A stretch of DNA of 64,000 nt from an uncultured Nitrospinota bacterium (GCA_963707985.1 CAVPRW010000045.1:96001-160000); one strand, 5' to 3'. Positions 52,111 to 63,567 are shown, counted from the first letter of the stretch. Numbers and translations: made by a program. The notes: a model not told the origin generated them from the letters alone.

Positions 52111-53585
52111 AGTGGACGAGAGCGTCGAGTAACTCCGCGTTCGGGATCTCTGGCCATTGGGCTACGTGTCCCGTGGAGATCATGGACCGTACGCCCCTGT
52201 CGTGGACGATCTCTTCCACGAATTCCTTTGGCGTGCCATTGTGGCTACCGTGATGCGACACTTTGAAAAATGTGGTTTTGCGCAGCAGCTCGTTGGTGGA
52301 CGAATGTCGCAGCGCTGCTTGCCATAAACCCCACTGCGCATCGCCGGGGAAGAGCAGGTGCGCCTGCCCGATTTTGAGCATCAGCATGAGACTGGTGCCG
52401 TTGACCGCCTTGTCCAGGGCTACTGCGACGGCTTGCTCCAGTTCGCCCATCTTCGCGATGGCTTCCTGGTCGTCTAACGACAGCTCGGGAAAGCCAGGCA
52501 TGGGACAGCTTTGCGGTAGTCCCCGGAAAAACACATTTCGCAAGCCACTGGCATCCTGGTTTGCCGCGACTTCGGCCCAGACTGAAGGAGGGATGCGCCA
52601 CTCAGGAGCAAAGGGCTCAGGCACGGAAGCCCCTGCCCCCAGAGAGTCGGCGAGGCGGAGATAGCTCTCACCCTGGGGTGGATCCATGTCCCGAATGACG
52701 TCCGGATCGCGTGAGGGTCCCAGAACATATACGGTTACCTCAGGCAAAACGTCCGTCTTGAGGATGAGGTCCGATGTGCCGTCGCCGGGCAGGAAGCGTC
52801 GCGTCGGATTGCCAGCAAAGCCCTCGTGGAGCGTGGCCATCGCTCGTTCGTTTGACAGGGCATTGAGCGCTAGCTCCTGCGAACGCTGCAAGCGAGTGTG
52901 GTCGGCGGCGGACAGTCCCGCGGCCATGAGCTGTGTCGCAAGCGAGGTGCTAAGCGCTAGTGCCAAACGGCTCTGCCTCTCGCGGATCTGGCGGGCTTTG
53001 GAGTCCGTGGGGTGTTCTGTCCAGGGGAGCCACACCTCGCGGACCTGGACCCTCTCCCATCCCGGTCTAGCGAAACCGGAGACATGGTCACGATGGCGGT
53101 GTGGCGCGACGACTACGTCTATCCGAGGCTCACGAGTGCTAGGGTCAGTTGCATCCTGCCATAATTGCTGAAGCACCGTATCCATAGAAACATCAGGCGC
53201 TTGAGCGACCGAACCACAGTCGAACTCGACTTTGGCCATTGTTCTCGAAACCAGATACCAGGGAAAATGGCAGTAGATGAGGGCTTTGTTGAAGGGGAAT
53301 AGGAGGCTCTGAGAATTTCATGATATCTGCCTTCCTACCAGACTTCACCGAATTTCCGCCCAGCACCGGCCCGCCCTTGCCTGATCGATAAGGGCTCCAT
53401 TCCTAGATGGCCAAAGTCGAGTCGAAGAGAATACGCCGATTGCCGTCAGCGCCGGTGATCGTCACCAAAAAACAATCACCGAAGCCAACGTTGTACATGC
53501 GGACGCTGACCTGGACAGCGGGTCTCGTCCCAGCACGAGTCCGGGCCCGTTGCGGAAGATGCGGAGGTTGATTTCGCGTGGCCAT
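52110..53585 (-). pseudogene. MBL-fold (ComEC-like) hydrolase split by a MITE
   Basis: RMYNVGFGDCFL..ILFD|CGS, HRHRDHVSGF, NGTSL, FPGDAQ and KVSHHGSHNGT. Confidence 0.85.
53225..53421. mobile_element. 197-bp MITE
   Basis: Perfect 15-bp TIR CTCGACTTTGGCCAT. 5-bp TSD TCGAA at 53220-53224 and 53422-53426. No transposase. Confidence 0.9.
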
Positions 53586-53639
53586 TCTTGCTCACCTCAT
53601 GTGGAGCATTCTCAGGCTGGCCCGGCGGACCATTCGGAC

Positions 53640-54030
53640 GGTCACCTTCGCCTCGTTGGTATTCGGTGGCGTGATGGATGCCTGTCCCGATCTCAAGATT
53701 TGTCTGTCTCACGGTGGTGGGTATACCTGCTATGGTATCGGTCGGATGGACCGCGGCTGGCAGGTTCGCTCCGAGGCCCGCTTGCAGATCAGCCGGCCTC
53801 CGCGTGCCTATTTGCGGCGTTTCCACTACGACTGCATCGTCTACACTGAGTCCGCGTTGCGGTACCTCATCGATACTGTTGGCGTCGATCGGGTCGTTTT
53901 CGGCACCGACTGGCCCTATGACATGGTGTTCGACTGGCCGGTATCGTGGATCCTGAGCCTCGAACGCCTGACCCAGGAGGAAAAGGAAGCCATTCTCTGG
54001 AAGAACCTGGAGCAGCTGCTAGGGCTGTAA
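53640..54030 (+). pseudogene. Amidohydrolase_2 C-terminal fragment
   Basis: SHGGG and VVFGTDWPYD. The N-terminal two thirds are absent. Confidence 0.8.
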
Positions 54031-54253
54031 GGTGGCCAGGCGCATACGGTGCTCATCTCGCTGGCAGCACTGTGAGGAAGGCCCTGCAGGTGGGCATAGG
54101 CCGCCAGGTTCAGGTGCCTGTTGGCAGAAAGGGATGGCATGTGGCATGCGTTAAGAGGGTGGGCCGCATTGATCACCTGTTGGTACGGTACCCCAGGTGT
54201 CCTGGCCACCAACGCGGCACCTACCATCTCCTTCTTCCTTGTCTTTGGCCGCT

Positions 54254-55074
54254 TTATCCCGGCAGGTTCCAGCCGATCCAGTTGCACATGGCGCGCCCCA
54301 TCACCAGACTCCTGGTCACGCCCCGACAGCCACGACAGCTCTTCCGTGAACATCGTGACGCATTGCCGCCAGGAGCAGGGCATGCGGGTGATATCCGTCC
54401 CCCAGAACATACGCTCGGGGCCAAAGGCGTCATAGATCTGGCGGATGTAAGGCTGAATATTGCGATACGGATAGGGTTCACTAGAGTAGCTCGGCGCCCC
54501 GCTGGCCTTGACTGCGACATTTGGATGCTTAGCCAGTGCCAACAGCTCTGGTAAATTCGCGAATCCCGCAGCATCCTTCGAACCCCCGGCCCTGCCCAGG
54601 TGATCGACGTGCAGCTTCAGCCCCGGATGACGGGCTGCGATCTCCCCAACGACCGGCAGGAAATTCCCCGCGGCCAGCCCAATGGGTATCCCAGTGCGTT
54701 CAGCCCCCGACCACAACCAGTCCAGGCTCCCATCTCTTAGCCAGGCCTGCTGCTGCGGTTGCTGAAACGTGAAGCGGAGGCCGAGCATTCCTGGCCGCTG
54801 CTTCCAGCCGTCGAGCAATGTACGGCTCTCCGGACGATCGAGGGGGAAGTTCCCCAGAATGGAGAGGCGGTCAGGGTGCTGGCGGGCCGCTTCAACTGCC
54901 ACCTCATTGGCATTCGGATCCCAGCCCGGCGGATGGATGACGGCCGCGTTGACGCCCGCTTCATCCATTTCTTTGAGCAAGATCATCCTTGGTGAAGGAA
55001 GAGATCTGTCGGTGAGCCGGATTGGTAGGTATACCACTTGTCCAGATATGCACTTGCGAGTCAACGATCAGCAT
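54254..55074 (-). CDS. Amidohydrolase-family protein (apparent +1 frameshifts near 54980 and 54310)
   Basis: MLIVDSQVHIW, LHVDHLG, VAVKASG and MFWGTD. Confidence 0.85.
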
Positions 55075-55524
55075 GACAGGCTCCTTTTGCAGGTGTGGTC
55101 CGTTCTCGTGTCTCATGCTCCATAACGCCGGAGAGTCGTCTACCACCATGTCCGGCGTCCTGACGATGCCATTGTCGCGCAGTGCTGATATTGTGGCAAG
55201 GGTTTTGTCTTGGAAGCTTTCACTGATGAGCCTGTTGGGGTATGATCTTGCACTATGCTTCGCGAGCAATGCCTCGGTGCACTACGATTTTACCGAGAAC
55301 CGGCAGTAGGAGTGGTTTTCGTGGCTGGAGAAACCGTTTGCGCAGGTGCAGACGGTCGGCAAACCGCTCCACCCACGTCATGCGCAAGACTTGCAAAGTG
55401 TGCTTCAACTTCCTATCCTTAACTGCAGTAACGTCCCAACGACGCAGCGCGCTGCGGAACAGACGGTGTACTACCGGTTTATGAAAGATGACGGCCTCGA
55501 CACGGTGCACGGAAGGAAAGGACT

Positions 55525-56244
55525 ATGGCTGTCTCAACCATCACCTCCATGTCCAGAGCAGAACTCGATGATGCCCTGCCGGCGCTGGAAAACGGCGATC
55601 GGCTGACACGTGCCGAGTTCGAACGTCGCTATGAGGCGATGCCACACCTCAAGAAAGCCGAGTTCATCGAAGGAGTCGTCTACGTGCCTTCGCCTGTGCG
55701 TCACCGCCCGCATGGCGCACCACATGCACAGCTGATGACTTGGTTAGGCCTGTACACCGCAAACACGCCTGGCGTCGAAGTCGGTGATAACAGTAGCGTG
55801 CGGTTAGACCTGGACAACGAGCCGCAACCAGATGCACTGTTGTTTATTGGGCCTATCCACGGAGGTCAAGTCCGTATCAGTGACGATGGGATTATCGAGG
55901 GGGCTCCCGAACTGGTCGCTGAGGTGGCGTCGAGTTCTGTGAGCTATGATTTGCACACCAAGCTGCACGTCTACCGCCGCAATGGGGTGCGCGAATATAT
56001 TGTCTGGCGCGTGTTAGAACGGGAGATCGATTGGTTCGTCCTGCGGGATGGACAATACGAGCGGATGCCTGCGGACGCTCAGGGCCTGGTCCGGAGCGAG
56101 GTCTTCCCCGGATTGTGGCTTGACCCGGCGGCGCTGATACGGGGTGATCTGTCGACCGTGCTGGCTATCATTCAGCAAGGTCTGGCCAGTCCTGGACACC
56201 ATGCTTTTGTCGCACGTCTTCACTCCCAGGCCTCCACACCCTAG
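55525..56244 (+). CDS. Uma2-family endonuclease-fold protein
   Basis: [32 protein letters not shown] and VFPGLWL. Confidence 0.92.
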   Translation: MAVSTITSMSRAELDDALPALENGDRLTRAEFERRYEAMPHLKKAEFIEGVVYVPSPVRHRPHGAPHAQLMTWLGLYTANTPGVEVGDNSSVRLDLDNEPQPDALLFIGPIHGGQVRISDDGIIEGAPELVAEVASSSVSYDLHTKLHVYRRNGVREYIVWRVLEREIDWFVLRDGQYERMPADAQGLVRSEVFPGLWLDPAALIRGDLSTVLAIIQQGLASPGHHAFVARLHSQASTP

Positions 56245-56269
56245 GTGTCATTGCCCAAGAACATCAACT

Positions 56270-56593
56270 AGCACCGATACACTCTACCGCTCAGGCGGGC
56301 AGTTTCCCGAAGTCTTCCTCCGAGGGGCGGGCGTCCCAGAGGAGGCGGTCGCTGCCTTCAAGCGCGTTCTCATTCACAACCCCGATTTTCTGGAGACGCA
56401 CCTCATCCTCGCGATCCTCTATACGGCCTTTGGCTGGGAGGTTGAGGCCCGCGCCGAGGTGGCAGAGGCTCTACGAATCAATCCCAACTTCTTTCTGCAG
56501 GAGATCAGTATGGTATGGCAAGCGGACCTCTCGAAAAATCAGGAGGGATTAGAGCGCCTTCTTGGCGGCCTGCGTAACGCAGGGCTACGGTGA
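56270..56593 (+). pseudogene. Chimeric scrap: pentapeptide-TIR linker motif fused to a TPR tail
   Basis: DTLYRSGGQFPEVFLRGAGVPE followed by EAVAAFKRVL..AEALRINPNF..LRNAGLR*. Confidence 0.55.
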
Positions 56594-56620
56594 GGAAGTT
56601 GCTATGAGAAGGAACCTTGC

Positions 56621-58585
56621 ATGACTCGCGGCATGATTCCTGAGGACCTGTTTCACATTCAGTGGGTATCCGACGCGCGCCTCTCGCCCGATGGGCGCCT
56701 GGTAGCCTTCACGGTCACGCGCCTGGACGAGGAGGCCGACGACTATCGCTCGGCGATCTGGCTGGGGTCGGCTGATGGTTCGATCCCAGCCAGGCGCTTT
56801 ACCGCAGGCGCGAGCAAGGACAGCACGCCGCGCTGGTCGCCCGATGGCACACGCCTGGCCTTTCTCTCCGACCGCGAGGGTGGCAAGGCACAGATCTACG
56901 TCATTGGTATCAGCGGTGGCGAGGCCCGCCAGCTCACCGCTATCCCCCAGGGTGCTGGCACACCCGTGTGGTCGCCTGACAGCACGCGACTAGTCACCGT
57001 GGTGCGGATGGGTGGCGAGGATCATGGGAGCCAGCCGGACAAGTCGAAGACGCCCCCGGCGCGGCTGATCACCAGGCTCAAGTACCGCGCCAATGGCGAG
57101 GGTTTTATTTATGATCGCCATCGGCACCTGTTCGTCGTCGATGCGGTTACCGGTGATACCCGCCAGCTCACAGATGGTGACTGGGACGACATCCATCCCG
57201 CCTGGTCGCCCGATGGCGCCCACCTTGCTTTTGTCTCGGCCCGCCACCGCAACCGCGACCACGATCATGCCGAGGACATCTTCGTCATGGATACAGCAGG
57301 GGGCGAGCCTGTGCGGCTGACTCCCGGTGGCGGTGCCTGCTCGCTGCCCGCCTGGTCGCCCGATGGACAGATAATTGCCTATCTGGGCTATGCCGATGCG
57401 GAAGGTGCACCACGCCACAGTCGTCTGTGGCTGGTCCCGGCAGGCGGTGGCAGTCCTCGCTGTCTGACCATGGGCTTCGACCGGCACCTGGAGATCGCCG
57501 ACGCGGCGGCACCGCTCTGGCGGACAGACGGCACCGCCCTCATTGTGGGGGTCGAGGACCGGGGTACCGTGGGGGTGATTCAGGTGCAGGTGGCGGATGG
57601 GAAGGTAACGCCGCTGGTTTCGGGGAGGCGGAGCGTGGCCTCTTATAGTGTGGTTGGTACCACTGTGGCGTTTACCGCTTCGGAGCCACATCGTCCTGCT
57701 GAAGTGTATGTGTGCACGGAACTAGGCGAGCGCCAGCTCAGCGATCTTAACGCCGACTGGCGTGTTGAGGTCAAGCTGCCGGAGCTCGAGTACTTCACGG
57801 TACGGTCGGGCGACGTTGAGGTCGACGCCTGGGTGATGCGTCCTGCTGGATTCGAGCCAGGACGGCGTTACCCGGCGTTGGTCAACATCCACGGCGGACC
57901 ATTTGCCCAGTATGGCTGGGCCTTCTTCGACGAGTTCCAGGTGCAAGCCGGAGCGGGCTATGCCGTCATCGGCTGTAATCCGCGTGGGAGCAGTGGCCGA
58001 GACGAGGCTTTCGCCCGAGCGATCATTGGCTGTCCTGGAGAGCCCGACTCGGCCGACGTGCTGGCCGCACTTGACGAGGCACTGCGGCGCTACGACTTCA
58101 TTGACTCAACGCGCCTCGGGTTGCTCGGTGGCAGCTACGGTGGTTATCTCGCGGCCTGGGTTGTCGGTCATACCGACCGATTTCTAGCGGCGGTGCCGGA
58201 GCGTGGCCTCTATAACCGCTACAGCAAGGACGGCACCAGTGACATCTGGTCGGGCTATACCTATCTGCGGGTTCGCCAATGGGAAGACCCAGAGCTATAC
58301 TGGCGCTATTCGCCGATCGCCTACGTGCAGAACATCCGCACGCCACTTCTAATCCTGCACAGCGAGGAAGACCTGCGCTGCCCGATCGAGCAGGCCGAGC
58401 AGCTCTTTGTGGCGTTGAAGCAGATGCGGCGGGAGGTGCGGTTTGTCCGCTTCCCGGGTGAGAACCATGAACTGTCGCGCAGCGGTAAGCCTAGCCACCG
58501 GCTGCAGCGCTTTGGCTATCTCCTGGACTGGTTTGCCGAGAAGCTGGCCTCGCCGGCTGAACCAGACGCTCAGGTGGCTTCATAA
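56621..58585 (+). CDS. S9-family (acylaminoacyl/dipeptidyl) peptidase
   Basis: WSPDG propeller repeats, IHGGP, GGSYGG, and catalytic D (EDLRCP) and H (GENHEL). Confidence 0.95.
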   Translation: MTRGMIPEDLFHIQWVSDARLSPDGRLVAFTVTRLDEEADDYRSAIWLGSADGSIPARRFTAGASKDSTPRWSPDGTRLAFLSDREGGKAQIYVIGISGGEARQLTAIPQGAGTPVWSPDSTRLVTVVRMGGEDHGSQPDKSKTPPARLITRLKYRANGEGFIYDRHRHLFVVDAVTGDTRQLTDGDWDDIHPAWSPDGAHLAFVSARHRNRDHDHAEDIFVMDTAGGEPVRLTPGGGACSLPAWSPDGQIIAYLGYADAEGAPRHSRLWLVPAGGGSPRCLTMGFDRHLEIADAAAPLWRTDGTALIVGVEDRGTVGVIQVQVADGKVTPLVSGRRSVASYSVVGTTVAFTASEPHRPAEVYVCTELGERQLSDLNADWRVEVKLPELEYFTVRSGDVEVDAWVMRPAGFEPGRRYPALVNIHGGPFAQYGWAFFDEFQVQAGAGYAVIGCNPRGSSGRDEAFARAIIGCPGEPDSADVLAALDEALRRYDFIDSTRLGLLGGSYGGYLAAWVVGHTDRFLAAVPERGLYNRYSKDGTSDIWSGYTYLRVRQWEDPELYWRYSPIAYVQNIRTPLLILHSEEDLRCPIEQAEQLFVALKQMRREVRFVRFPGENHELSRSGKPSHRLQRFGYLLDWFAEKLASPAEPDAQVAS

Positions 58586-58606
58586 ACCACGCATGCGCTA
58601 GATGCG

Positions 58607-59290
58607 TTGCAACCCGTTCACTCTAGACCTTCTGGCGATGGTCACTGGCAATCGGCAGGGTGGATTGCCGAGGCGGTGGCGCACTTCCCGAGCCTGATGC
58701 ATGCTTTGTCTAAGGTTGGTCTGGTGGCTCCCCGCCAAGGCGACCTGCCCAAGGTGCTCCCCTTGCTCGAACGTGCTATGAGCCTCTGCCAGGACCTGGA
58801 CCTCCTGGTCTGGTGCCCCCAGATGGCCGCGCCCTTGGGGACAGCGTATATCCCGAGCGGGCGCATCATCGACGCCGTGGCGCTGCTCACCAAGGCGCTG
58901 AAGCAGAGCACTGCGATGGCAAGAGCACGAAACGAGGTGCCATGCCATCTCGTCCTAGGGGAGGCGCTGACGCTGGCTGGTCGCCTGAAGGAAGTGCAGG
59001 TTCACGCCGAACACGCGCTGGCGCTCGCCCGTGGGCACCAGGAACGAGGCGAGGAGGTGTCTGCTCTGCACCTCCTTGGCGAGATCGCGACACAGCGCCA
59101 GCCCACCGAGAACGATCAAGCCGGAGATGACTACCGCCAGGCTCTGGCCCTGGCTGAGGCACTTGGCATGCGCCCGCTCCAGGCCCACTGCCACCTCGGC
59201 CTCGGCAATCTGTACGCCACGATCGGACGCCGCACCGAAGCCCGCACAGAACTGTCCACCGCCGTCGAGTTATATCGGGCTATGGACATG
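58607..59290 (+). pseudogene. TPR C-terminal fragment of an adenylate cyclase/ATPase-type protein
   Basis: ALALAEALGMRPLQAHCHLGLG..AVELYRAMDMT. No N-terminal domains. Confidence 0.7.
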
Positions 59291-59920
59291 ACATTGCCAG
59301 AATGTGCCGATGCTGTGCCGAGTGCACCTCCGTCCACTTCCCCACGCCGACGGGGGCATCCCACCAGCCAAACGGGGCCCTCGGCACGTACTCGAGCAGC
59401 GGATCCTGACGTAGGTCTGGGTTCAGAAGCCGGGACAGTTGCTCGTTCAGGACCAGCGTCGGGACCACGAAGACACCGTTGGCAGCCAGCAGGCGAGCCA
59501 GGTCTTGCAGCTTGGGCCGGGTCACGACGGCGTAATCGACCCCAGAGGCGCTCTCAGCCCCCTCGGACCACAGCCTCTGCTGCGGTTGTTGCGCGCAACT
59601 GGGCCATCAAGGGCACACTGCGGGGGGCGGCCGTTTCAACAATGCCCTGGACCACCGGTGCTGTCAGCTTTTCGCCAACCTTGAGGCAGTCGACCTGGCG
59701 CTCAGGAGATCACGGGCCGCTGCGCGCGTCTCATCGGTGGTGAGCACCACACGCCTGATCCGGGCTTCCCCCGGGGGCGGATTGGGCCAGTCGATGGTGT
59801 GCCCGCACGTGAAAAGCCGTGGTCGCGTCTGGCCGGGCCTCTGGCTCCGACGGCGGTGGATGAGGATGACGTCCAGGTTATTGCCAACGTCGCGCGCGGT
59901 GGTCACGGTCGCAGGCCCAG
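59290..59920 (-). pseudogene. Amidohydrolase remnant
   Basis: VTTARDVGN, PRLFTCGHTID and VVPTL. Frameshifted. Confidence 0.6.
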
Positions 59921-60214
59921 CCGACTCGGTGAGGCCAGCGCCAGCCGGAGTTGGCACAGTTTCCCAGGCGGTAAGCAGACGCTTGTAGACTCCTTGGTCT
60001 TTGTAAGGCAGTTGCCACTTAATGCCCTGCTGGGGGGCTGGGGTTTGACATTTTGGACTTCTGCCAGCGCGGGCCGCGCCTTCTCCTCCCGGTCTAACTC
60101 GCTATAGATGGCCGCCAGGTAGGCGTAGGCAGACATTCAATTGGGGTAGCGGATAAGGGCTCTCTTGAAGGCGGCAATCGCTCCTTCGTATCGACCGGAC
60201 AGATAGACCCCGCC

Positions 60215-60691
60215 CACTCCTGGCCTATCGTCATGGACTGCGCACGTCGGAGATCGGCCTGCTGCAGCGCACCGACGTAGACCTCAAGCAGGGGAGAATC
60301 ACCATCCACCGCCTGAAAGGTTCCCTCTCGGGCATCTATCTTCTGCAGCCCGACGTCATCAAACAGCTGCGTGCGTACCTATGCGCTCGTACGGACTCGT
60401 CACCGTATCTGTTCATCTCCAACCGTGGCATGCCCATTGATCGGTGGCCCTTGTGGTGCGCCATGCAGACCCTATGGCGAGAACGCGGGCCTACCGCCGG
60501 AGAAACGGAAGTTCCATAGTCTCAAGCATTCCATCGCCACCCACCTCCTCGACGTGCGCGGAGAACTCCGCTTTGTGCAGGATTGGGTAGTCTATACGAA
60601 TGTGCAGAACACAACCAAGTATGCACAGATGACCATCTCCCGGCGTGATGAGGAGGCCCGCAGGCTCTTTGCCGATCACCGGGTGATATGA
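60215..60691 (+). pseudogene. FimB/FimE-like tyrosine recombinase fragment
   Basis: LLAYRHGLRTSEI, RLKGS, FHSLKHSIATHLL and NTTKY. 5'-truncated and frameshifted. Confidence 0.75.
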
Positions 60692-60809
60692 GGTCAGCGT
60701 TAAAGCTCTGGATTTCTCTGCACCTGGCAGGCCTCGGTCGCCAACAGATGTTTCAGGATTTCAAGTGCTTTCATGCCCATCCAAGCGCAAACCCGCACGG
60801 ATGGTCCCT

Positions 60810-61043
60810 TTAAGGTAGATCCGGAAAAGTCAGGGTTCTTGTACAATTTTGGAGAAGTGGATGCCGCACGGAATGCTGCCCCTCCTCCATTGAGGCTGCG
60901 ATGCTTTCGATAGCGTCGATCACTCCCTGAAACGACTGAACACGGAAGCTCACATCTTCTTCGCCGCCGAGCACGGTTGCCTCCACCTGGATCTTCACCT
61001 GATCAGGCAACTGTACAGGAATGATCTGTTGGCGCGATGTCAT
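60810..61043 (-). pseudogene. Trypsin-co-occurring (Trypco1/CU044_2847-like) protein, truncated
   Basis: IIPVQLPDQVKIQVEATVLGGEEDVSF..FQGVIDAIESIA, then unrelated sequence. Confidence 0.6.
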
Positions 61044-61161
61044 GGGATCCTCCACCTTCACCTTGCCCGGCCACTCGGGGTAGGACTCGCGTGTACCCTG
61101 TACACACAGGACACCCTTCCCCTCCTCGACAAACTGCCCAAACCCAAAATCGGGGCAGACT

Positions 61162-62254
61162 TTAGTTATAACGAATGATACTTCGCGCTACTTCGCCCTG
61201 TTCAAGGGCATCGAAGGCAGTGTTGATCTCGTCCAGCCGGTAGGTGCGGCTAACGAGTTCGTCGAGTTTCAGCTTTTTGGCCAGGTACAGGTCTATGAGT
61301 TTGGGCATCGCAGCGCGCATGTTGGCCGAGCCATAGGTACAGCCCATCAAGACGCGATCCTGATGTAAGAAATCGGGGTCGATGGTGAGCTGCTCGCCGT
61401 GACGGATCACGCCCACGATCACGGCCTTCCCCCCACGCCTCGTACACAACAAGGCTTGCTGGGCTGTTTGCGTTAGACCAATGACCTCGAAGGCGTAATC
61501 GGCCCCTTCACCACCAGTAAGCTCGCGCACCGCCTCCACCGGGTCGGCGTCGCGCGCATTGATCGTCATGGTCGCCCCAAACTGTTTGGCATAGTCCAGC
61601 TTGTTGGGCCGCACATCGACGGCGATGATCTGCTCAGCTCCAGCCAGCGCGGCTCCCTGAATGACGTTGAGGCCGACGCCGCCACAGCCGATCACCACCA
61701 CACTGCTGCCCGGCTCCACCTTAGCCGTCCACAGAGCAGCCCCTACTCCGGTGGTAACACAACAGCCCACCAGCGCCGCTTTATCCAGCGGAATGTGATC
61801 CGGGACCTTGACCAGGCTGCCCTCTGGGACCACCCCGTACTCGGCAAACGACGACATACAGGCGAAATGCTTGATCTCCTGGGTGCCCTTGCGCAGGCGC
61901 GTGCTACCATCAGGGAGATTACCGTTCAAGCTGTAGCGCACTGCGCACATGTTTGGCCGCCCTTCGATGCAGTACGTGCAGCGGCCACATGCGGGAACGA
62001 ACGACAGAATGACATGGTCGCCCGCCTTCGCATAGCTCACTCCAGGCCCGACCTCCTCGACAATACCCGGCGCCTTCGTGACCGAGGACCACGGGCTTTG
62101 GATAGGGGCGATCCCCCTTGATGTAGTGCAGATCGCTGTGGCACACGCCGCTCGCCACATAGCGCACACGTACCTCTCCATCTTTAGGGGGTAATAACGT
62201 CAGATCCTCGATGGCTAAAGGTGTTCCGACTTCATACAGGACAGCGGCTTTCAT
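61162..62254 (-). CDS. Zn-dependent alcohol dehydrogenase, class III-like (apparent +1 frameshift near 62068)
   Basis: GVCHSD, GHEGAG, CGRCTYC..C and GCGGVG. Confidence 0.92.
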
Positions 62255-62270
62255 GGCCTCTCCTCCTTTG

Positions 62271-62303
62271 CCCTCACCCTGGCCCTCTCCCAGAGGGAGA
62301 GGG
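62271..62303. repeat. REP-like palindromic element
   Basis: CCCTCACCCTGGCCCTCTCCCAGAGGGAGAGGG. Related copies at about 41456-41490 and 36861-36894. Confidence 0.6.
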
Positions 62304-62327
62304 AATTAAAACCCGCCCTGTGCCGAC

Positions 62328-63122
62328 CTATAGGCTCATTCCCCCATCCAGGAAGATGGTCTGCCCGGTCATGTAATTCGATGCTGCCGACGCTAGGTAA
62401 AGCGCCAGCAATCCCACTTCTCGCAGCTGTCCGGGCCTTCCTAACGGGACCAGCTGGGCGGCGCGCTGCGCCGTTTGACGAGCGCGTTCTTCTCCAGACG
62501 TCACCGGATCAGGAAAGAGCCCCGGCGCAATGGCGTTAACGTGGACGCCATACGGCGCCCATTCCAGTGCCTGAGCCCGCGTAAAGCCGACCAGGGCGGT
62601 CTTGGCGATGGTATAGACCACCATGTCGCCACCTCCCTGGCGCGCCGTCCAGGACGAGATATTGATCACCTTGCCGGCGCGTCGCTCTAGCATATGTGGA
62701 CCTACGGCACGTGTGCACAGGATGGCTTCCGTCAGATTGATGTCCATGACGAATTTCAGCTCGTCGTCGGAGAGCGCCTGGGCGGCATTGGCTTTCCCTG
62801 GCAGGGCCACCAAAGGCTTGCGAATAGAGTCCCCTAGGTTATTGATCAGGATGTCGACATGACCAAACTCCTTCATGACCGTGTCGATCGCGCTCTGCAC
62901 TCCGTTAGTATTGGTGACATCGGCCATGATTGGCACGATGCGCCGGCCTGAGGCTTTGGCGATCTCAGCGGCTGTGCCTTCAACATATTTGGGAGTCAGA
63001 GCATTGAGGGCAATGTCTGCACCCGCCTCCGCGAGCACCTGGGCGATGCCCTTGCCAATGCCGCGTCCTGCGCCCGTGATGAAGACGACTTTGCCAGTGA
63101 TATCATATTCTGCCGGCAGCAT
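62328..63122 (-). CDS. SDR-family oxidoreductase
   Basis: TGAGRGIG, NISS, YTIAK (YxxxK) and NAIAPG. Confidence 0.93.
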   Translation of the reverse strand: MLPAEYDITGKVVFITGAGRGIGKGIAQVLAEAGADIALNALTPKYVEGTAAEIAKASGRRIVPIMADVTNTNGVQSAIDTVMKEFGHVDILINNLGDSIRKPLVALPGKANAAQALSDDELKFVMDINLTEAILCTRAVGPHMLERRAGKVINISSWTARQGGGDMVVYTIAKTALVGFTRAQALEWAPYGVHVNAIAPGLFPDPVTSGEERARQTAQRAAQLVPLGRPGQLREVGLLALYLASAASNYMTGQTIFLDGGMSL

Positions 63123-63567
63123 AGGAATCCTCCAACAAACAATGAGGAGCGCTAAGCGCTGAGGACGTTGCTCATCATTGCCTCAGCACCGAGTTCTCAA
63201 CGCTCAGTATTGGTGCTCGATCACGGCTGTACCGCCCGAGCTTCAGGCTCGCCATACTTGGATCAATCGACTAGTTCTTCATGCTCATTGCGGATCATTT
63301 TGATCACTGTACAGAGCGATCCAGCGACCAGCTCCTCTAAGGATGTCAGGCCCGAGTATGCCATTGTGACCATAACCTGTCAAACTGGGTGTGGGTTGTT
63401 TGGAGCGGGAAGCGTTGCGGCGGAGGACGTCCCTGACGGTCACGCTCAGCCGGTTCGACCGAGCGATGTTTCATGTATGATATCATGCCTCAGTCCTACG
63501 CCTACAGTATGGAGTGGGTGGCCGTTCGACCAGCGCTGGCGTAACGATCGACCAAAGGGAGACGGGC

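Noticed and set aside
55270..55520. Coding-like scrap ([24 protein letters not shown])
   Set aside because: Looks like a gene remnant, but the family could not be identified.
48824..56244. Two Uma2 nucleases as a novel defence pair
   Set aside because: A commonly expanded family in such genomes. The two are unlinked and have no partner genes.
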